Positions 26,680-31,595 of a stretch of DNA of 31,595 bases are shown piece after piece. This DNA comes from an uncultured virus (IMG/VR IMGVR_UViG_3300028888_000089) (taxonomy: Duplodnaviria > Heunggongvirae > Uroviricota > Caudoviricetes). A program made the position numbers and the translations under genes. The notes below the pieces were generated by a model, which did not search any database, was not told the origin of the DNA, and saw only the letters and a program-made list of their open reading frames with translations. Position 1 is the stretch's first letter; every line of letters starts with the position of its first letter. The DNA lies in the IMG/VR virus record IMGVR_UViG_3300028888_000089; one strand, given 5' to 3'.

Positions 26680-26696
26680 AAAAGGCCTCCTATGAA

Positions 26697-27263
26697 TTAT
26701 AAGTCTTTAATTATTTCATCATTGGAATTGACAATATACTCTAAACGATGCTCTATATAATGGTTTTTTTCGTTTTCTACGATCATATGGTCAATGATTA
26801 TCAAAAAATCTTCGTACTCTAATTTTCTCTGTGAAATTTCAATAATAGAAAACTTATCAGAATCCATATACTCATCTAAAGCGAATCCTCGACTTCTTAT
26901 CATTATACTTTTATCAAAATTTGCTATTCCATATTTGATATCAAGTCCGGATTCAATAGTTTCATAATCTCCTGTTTGAATAGTTCCGCTTTCAGAGTAT
27001 ACTATTCGAATTCCATTTAGTTTATTGTTCGTAAAAATGTAGACTAGTGCGCTTTTAGGTATTCCAGAAAGGGCAATATTTTTAGCAAAGATATAATAAG
27101 AGGACTTAGTGAATAATCCTTCAACTTCTTTGTTAAACACCTCATCTATAGAATCTCCAAAGTGAATCCCGTTTCTATATTCAAATATAGTAGGTGCTTC
27201 CGAATATGAAACGCTAGGAATAATTAATAAAATTGCTAATAATATTAGTAAAAATTTCCTCAT
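26697..27263 (-). CDS. Secreted/exported hypothetical protein (moron-like)
   Basis: Sec-type signal peptide MRKFLLILLAILLIIPSVSYSEA; AGGAGG RBS; AT-rich; lacks the family leader. Confidence 0.8.
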   Translation of the reverse strand: MRKFLLILLAILLIIPSVSYSEAPTIFEYRNGIHFGDSIDEVFNKEVEGLFTKSSYYIFAKNIALSGIPKSALVYIFTNNKLNGIRIVYSESGTIQTGDYETIESGLDIKYGIANFDKSIMIRSRGFALDEYMDSDKFSIIEISQRKLEYEDFLIIIDHMIVENEKNHYIEHRLEYIVNSNDEIIKDL

Positions 27264-27289
27264 TGCATACTTCCTCCTAAATATACAAA

Positions 27290-29044
27290 TTACTCGAATG
27301 CATCTGTATTTAATTTATAAGCAACGTATGCATCAATTAATGCCGCAACAGAGTCGATCTTTTGATCGGACCGCTTTTTCTGCAGCTTTCTGTTGCCATT
27401 TGTGTCTTCAAGTGTAACAGCATTTCCCATTGTGAACATCATGATTTGCTGATCGAATATAAGCATTCTTTCTGCACAAATCTTTTTAATTTCGCCAATC
27501 GGAACACTCTCGGTTTTTGCACCTTGGATTACTTTCTCAACACCAAATTCGCCATTTTCGCGAATCCATCTTTCAACGAAAGCTCTCGCGTTATATGGGT
27601 CGAATCCAAAGCAACGAATATCGTATTGGCAATCTGAAATATATCGATCGAGATCATCATATACGTCCATCATTTCTAGAACTGTGCCTTCCATGATGAT
27701 AAGACTACCTTCATTTATGAAATCATCATACTTTATTCTTAATGCAGCCGAGAGCTTACTTAATGTGAATGAAGTAATATAACATCTGGTTTTCACACCA
27801 TATTGCCCACGTCCTAATGGGAATAAGAAAGTAAATGCACAGAAGTCATCGCCCTGTGACAAGTCTGCACCCATAGCGCATGGCATATTCCAGAAATCTC
27901 TTCTTCTATGTGGTATAGTTTCTTCATACTTAAAGAAGAACGTATAACCTTCAGACGGAATATTAAATCTCTTAGCGAGCATGTCATTCTTATAAGCAGG
28001 TGCATTCTCCGCTTTCTCAATATCTAACAAATATGTTTCGAATGTGACTGTTTTACCTAGATTAGGATTAGCTTTAAGCCACACCATAGGATCGGTCTTT
28101 CCAAGTTCGACTTCTTTAATATCATCAAGCTTGTAATACCAAATCGAAACATGCGGATTAATGTACTCGCCTCTTAAAATGCTCTCGAGCTCCATCTTAA
28201 TTGTATCACCAGGGCCATTACGAACCGTACCTTCGGAACTAGCAGCAACGATAAGATAGTCATCGTTCTTAGAAGCACCTTGCTCAAGAGAGCCGATAAC
28301 ATCCTCACGAATAACACCAGAAAGCCACTCGTCGACTGTTGCAATTTTACAACGAAGACCCTCAAGTTTATCGATAGACATTGGCCGGATTTCGAGAATA
28401 GAGTTTGTAAGAAAATTTTCAATACCTTTCTTTGTAGAAGCTATCTTCTGCCTATCCGCTTTACTACCAGTTGTATTTTGAAGTGATCCGTCAGTCATAA
28501 ACTTAAGCAACGGACCTCTAGCTCGAGCTATGGCTGTTCTTAATGGCGACATAACTTCATTAGCCTGCTTCATAGTAGGAGCAGTTGTAATTTGTTGCGT
28601 CGTAGAAGTGTCAACAATTAAGAAATATGCCTGAATAAAGGCCATATACATAGACTTAGCAGCAGCTCTAGGAATAACCAAAAACTGCTTATTAATGAGC
28701 CTCTTTTTTACTCTTCTTGTTTCATAATGTATGGACTTTCCATCGGGACTTGTTACGGCCACACTTCTTGTTACAAAGTAGTACCAACCAAATACCTGCT
28801 CAGCCCATAATTTAAAAGTATCCAAAAGAAAAAGATCTGACCCATCAGTTAAGGTCAGCTCATTTTCGCAAAAAGCAATAAAACCATTTATTGCATCTTC
28901 GTCGTAATAATATTGAGGATCCCTTATGAGGGCGTCTATCCTCGTCATTTCCATCGAGATCTCACGGCACACCGGAATCTCTCCACGTAGTACCTGGTCC
29001 CGGAATTTTCCATAATAATATGGAGTTGCCGTGTTTGACAGCAT
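27290..29044 (-). CDS. terL: Terminase large subunit
   Basis: Walker A-like IPRAAAKS, Walker B ATVDEW, coupling motif AASSEG, nuclease MGADLSQGDDF, FDPYNA, C-terminal KIDSVAALIDAY. Confidence 0.95.
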   Translation of the reverse strand: MLSNTATPYYYGKFRDQVLRGEIPVCREISMEMTRIDALIRDPQYYYDEDAINGFIAFCENELTLTDGSDLFLLDTFKLWAEQVFGWYYFVTRSVAVTSPDGKSIHYETRRVKKRLINKQFLVIPRAAAKSMYMAFIQAYFLIVDTSTTQQITTAPTMKQANEVMSPLRTAIARARGPLLKFMTDGSLQNTTGSKADRQKIASTKKGIENFLTNSILEIRPMSIDKLEGLRCKIATVDEWLSGVIREDVIGSLEQGASKNDDYLIVAASSEGTVRNGPGDTIKMELESILRGEYINPHVSIWYYKLDDIKEVELGKTDPMVWLKANPNLGKTVTFETYLLDIEKAENAPAYKNDMLAKRFNIPSEGYTFFFKYEETIPHRRRDFWNMPCAMGADLSQGDDFCAFTFLFPLGRGQYGVKTRCYITSFTLSKLSAALRIKYDDFINEGSLIIMEGTVLEMMDVYDDLDRYISDCQYDIRCFGFDPYNARAFVERWIRENGEFGVEKVIQGAKTESVPIGEIKKICAERMLIFDQQIMMFTMGNAVTLEDTNGNRKLQKKRSDQKIDSVAALIDAYVAYKLNTDAFE

Positions 29045-29084
29045 TCTATTGCCCTCCTTTCAAAGCAAATGGAATGCATAGGAT

Positions 29085-30140
29085 TTAGTCCCATTTAATA
29101 TGATCGACTAGCTCTTGAAGAGTTTCGCCTGGTTTTTGTTCTTTATCATTAAAGTCTCCAAATGACAAACTGGAATATTTTTTATTATTTCCAAATTCTC
29201 CAGTTTTATGTGCTTTTTTAATTTCTTTCTTTATAGCATCTACACTATCGTATTCTTTGACGCCAGCTCTATCAGCCCAGGCATTTTCCACCCAGTATGT
29301 TTTATTATTCTTAATAAAATATACTAAACTGTGCGTCATTCCACCTTTATCGCCAAGATGTTCCATGACAAAAAGAGCTTTTGGATCGAGGCCTAATTTT
29401 CTAAGCTCTCTAAGTTCATACATGACTTGATCGTGGCACGATCCTTTTCTTTGTTTACTAACAGCATCTGGAGACATTAATGTTGTAAATTCTTTGTATT
29501 TAAAATCTTTCATAGATTGGGCAACTTTATCCGCTTTTATTTGTTGCTCATCTACCCAGTCATCTTTATCTTTTCTATTTATGCTAAATACTTTAACATC
29601 TTTACTTTGATCAATTAATCTAGATACGTTTTTACGTGTGGCACTAGCCCCGTCTTCAATTACAACTGCCAATCCGACAGTGGCTGCTTTTGTCATCGCT
29701 TCGTCTTTTTTAGCTAGCCATTCTTTTGACCCAGGCTCATGATCAGTATCATTTATAGGATGGGTTTTCCATTTTTTATTTGCCGAATATCTAACACTTG
29801 TTCCTGGGCCATATACTTCAACTCGTTCGTATTTCTTTGAATTCAAATAATCTTGAACTTGTCTATCAATCCCAGGAGCATCTCCAACTACAAATTTGCT
29901 TCCGCTTTCTATAGCTTCATCGATCTCATCGCGAATTTCTTTCGGAAGCTCTTTTCTATAATACTCTGATTCTTTATCCTGTGTCTTTGATGATCCAGAA
30001 ATAAAAACAACATCATTTTTAGAGTATCTGTGTTTCCCTTCTTGCGTAAGCGTTCCGTCTTCGTTTTGAAATCGACGAACACCCCAACGCTGGCCTTTAA
30101 TGCCATAATGGACTAAATATAAGTTGTCTTCGTATAGCAT
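29085..30140 (-). CDS. Leader-family gene 1: leader + SLOG/YspA-like domain + transglutaminase/papain-like domain
   Basis: MLYEDNLYLVHYGIKGQRWGVRRFQNEDGTLTQEG; VFISGS...FVVGDAPGIDRQVQDYL...KDEAM...ATRKNV (SLOG-like); GSCHDQ (Cys235), THSLVYF (His270), YWVENAW (Glu285). Confidence 0.75.
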   Translation of the reverse strand: MLYEDNLYLVHYGIKGQRWGVRRFQNEDGTLTQEGKHRYSKNDVVFISGSSKTQDKESEYYRKELPKEIRDEIDEAIESGSKFVVGDAPGIDRQVQDYLNSKKYERVEVYGPGTSVRYSANKKWKTHPINDTDHEPGSKEWLAKKDEAMTKAATVGLAVVIEDGASATRKNVSRLIDQSKDVKVFSINRKDKDDWVDEQQIKADKVAQSMKDFKYKEFTTLMSPDAVSKQRKGSCHDQVMYELRELRKLGLDPKALFVMEHLGDKGGMTHSLVYFIKNNKTYWVENAWADRAGVKEYDSVDAIKKEIKKAHKTGEFGNNKKYSSLSFGDFNDKEQKPGETLQELVDHIKWD

Positions 30141-30155
30141 AAAGGCCTCCTAAAA

Positions 30156-30545
30156 TTAACATTCCGTATGCGGGTTGTTGTCGTAATTTACAAATGAGAA
30201 CTTTTTAACAGACTCGGCCTGCATGACTATACGCTGTTCATACTCCGTGCATCGATCTTTCATAGCTTCCATCACATAGGAATTTCCAGGAGGATCGAAT
30301 ATCATCTTAACTTTCATATATACGTATTCCTGAACAGCATTTAACATAACCTCATTTGAGGAAAGAAAATCAGACCATGTTTTGGAATTATCTCTAATTG
30401 AGAAACCTTCTTCGGGACCGACGCCAAGTTGAGTCAACGTCATGAAAGCCGAGTTGATTAAAATTATGATGTCCATATCAAATGGCGTATAGTCATCCTT
30501 AATGCCGAGTAATTTCTTTATCGTTGCAAGAATGCTTTCACTCAT
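30156..30545 (-). CDS. Head-tail adaptor/connector (gp6/gp15-like)
   Basis: SILATIKKLLGI..DYTPFD.DIIILINSAF..L.QLGV and YVYMKVKMIFDPP helical adaptor signature. Confidence 0.75.
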   Translation of the reverse strand: MSESILATIKKLLGIKDDYTPFDMDIIILINSAFMTLTQLGVGPEEGFSIRDNSKTWSDFLSSNEVMLNAVQEYVYMKVKMIFDPPGNSYVMEAMKDRCTEYEQRIVMQAESVKKFSFVNYDNNPHTEC

Positions 30546-30569
30546 TCATATCGGTCCTTTCTTAATAAT

Positions 30570-30989
30570 TTAGTTTTTCCATGGACAAGTATCGTTAGGA
30601 ACTCTAACTATTGGTTCAATTGCCAATAAACTGGAGTCTCCATAATGTATCGCATTATGCGTTCTATGACTTACGCATATTAGGTACTCTGGATTGAATA
30701 TATCATCTGATACATCTTCTATGTCTTTTTGTGTTAGTGGATTCATATGATGAATGATGATCTTACTTTTAATATCGTATCCAGCAACACCAAGATCACA
30801 TCCATTATCTCTTATGATTATCTCGTTTCGAATTTTTCTCCAACGATCAGAAGTGTATAGCAACTGATTTAAATATCGATCGAATCCGAAAGTAGATTCG
30901 CCAACGATTCCTGCTAATCGTAAGTACTCATATCGATCCATAAAAGTTTCTAATCTTTTGAGTTCTGAATATCTTCTTTGTGGTCCCAT
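30570..30989 (-). CDS. HNH endonuclease (packaging-associated, HK97 gp74-like position)
   Basis: W..IR..IIIRDNGCDLG, IIIHHMNP and YLICVSHRTHNAIH motifs; located near the terminase genes. Confidence 0.85.
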   Translation of the reverse strand: MGPQRRYSELKRLETFMDRYEYLRLAGIVGESTFGFDRYLNQLLYTSDRWRKIRNEIIIRDNGCDLGVAGYDIKSKIIIHHMNPLTQKDIEDVSDDIFNPEYLICVSHRTHNAIHYGDSSLLAIEPIVRVPNDTCPWKN

Positions 30990-31327
30990 TATTCATTACT
31001 CCTATTTATTGATCCTTGGTAAATCTGCATAGCCTCAATAGCATTTCTATACATCTCTTCAGACTTTGCTGCAGATTTGACTGCGTCAGCTTTTGCTTCC
31101 AGCAGCAGATTCTCCTTTCGAAGCTTTTCCTTTTCTAATTGATTCTTAGTTGTTGCCAACTTCAAATAATGAAGAACAACCTGATTTGAAGGATGCTCTT
31201 TCATAAGTTCTCGTTCAGCGGCATCTATAGCCAAACTAATAAGTTGGTTTTCTCTTGCTTCAGGATCAACTGCTGGGGCAACTCTGCGCTTAATTGTGCC
31301 GTCTGATATCTTTTTACTGGCAGCCAT
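30989..31327 (-). CDS. First late-operon gene; possible terminase small subunit
   Basis: 112-aa helical/coiled-coil protein (RENQLISLA, VVLHYLKL, LEKEKLRKEN.LL.AK) with GGAGG RBS; function inferred from position only. Confidence 0.55.
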   Translation of the reverse strand: MAASKKISDGTIKRRVAPAVDPEARENQLISLAIDAAERELMKEHPSNQVVLHYLKLATTKNQLEKEKLRKENLLLEAKADAVKSAAKSEEMYRNAIEAMQIYQGSINRSNE

Positions 31328-31409
31328 GCGCTTTTAACCTCCATTCAGTTTATCTCCTTAACATTCTTTAACATGCAGGATACTTTCGCTAGTTTGAGTG
31401 GCACTTTTA

Positions 31410-31505
31410 GCATACTTTTGAAGCAGGCATCGAATACTGAAAGGAGCTCTTGCAGGACCAGAACAAGAACAAAAAAAGCACCCGATACCTGTTTCAAAAG
31501 TATGC
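31410..31505. repeat. 23-bp inverted repeat (21/23) with 50-nt spacer upstream of the late operon
   Basis: gcatacttttgaagcaggcatcg (31410-31432) pairs with cgatacctgtttcaaaagtatgc (31483-31505). Confidence 0.85.
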
Positions 31506-31595
31506 ATCGCATAAGTTACTAAAAAATATAATCCAAGTTTCGCATAAAAATATAATTAGCGTTTTTCAAAAATTCCCTCCGGAGAAAATTCAAAG

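Noticed and set aside
21896..26691. Leader repeats as DGR template/variable repeats or integron attC sites
   Set aside because: No reverse transcriptase or integrase in the window; differences are mostly synonymous rather than adenine-specific; the repeats are coding 5' ends and not palindromic.
28650..28680. TerL Walker A lacking glycine (PRAAAKS) as a sign of inactivation
   Set aside because: Arg, Lys-Ser, Walker B and nuclease acidic residues are intact and the ORF is uninterrupted; most likely a family variant.
30570..30989. HNH as a mobile homing endonuclease or intron
   Set aside because: Small stand-alone gene coupled to the packaging genes; no interrupted host gene.

Overview
The whole window is the late (packaging, head, tail, lysis) region of a long-tailed siphovirus or prophage, encoded entirely on the minus strand. 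The host is probably a Gram-positive Firmicute, judged from the phiLC3-type holin, the NlpC/P60 + PG-binding endolysin and the lack of recognisable spanins. Transcription order (right to left): small-terminase-like gene, packaging HNH, head-tail adaptor, one leader-bearing gene, TerL, a secreted protein, seven more leader-bearing genes, portal, protease-scaffold-capsid fusion, head closure, tail terminator, major tail, two chaperones, gp10-like protein, 2317-aa tape measure, Dit, Tal, small tail genes, collagen fibre, membrane protein, holin, three inserted genes and a partial endolysin that the ORF track missed. The most striking feature is a set of eight genes around TerL. They share a conserved leader ([YF]-L-x-H-x-G-x-[KP]-G...) fused to unrelated bodies: a papain-fold toxin-like domain, a SLOG + transglutaminase-like protein, and several basic proteins with one hydrophobic helix. 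The same [LIVA]-x-H signature occurs at all seven histidines of the protease-to-capsid linker. My inference is a capsid-targeted, prohead-protease-processed cargo/effector cassette system. It includes one possible zymogen whose N-terminal domain is separated from the papain-like domain by two such sites. All family assignments are from motif recognition only; no searches were run.
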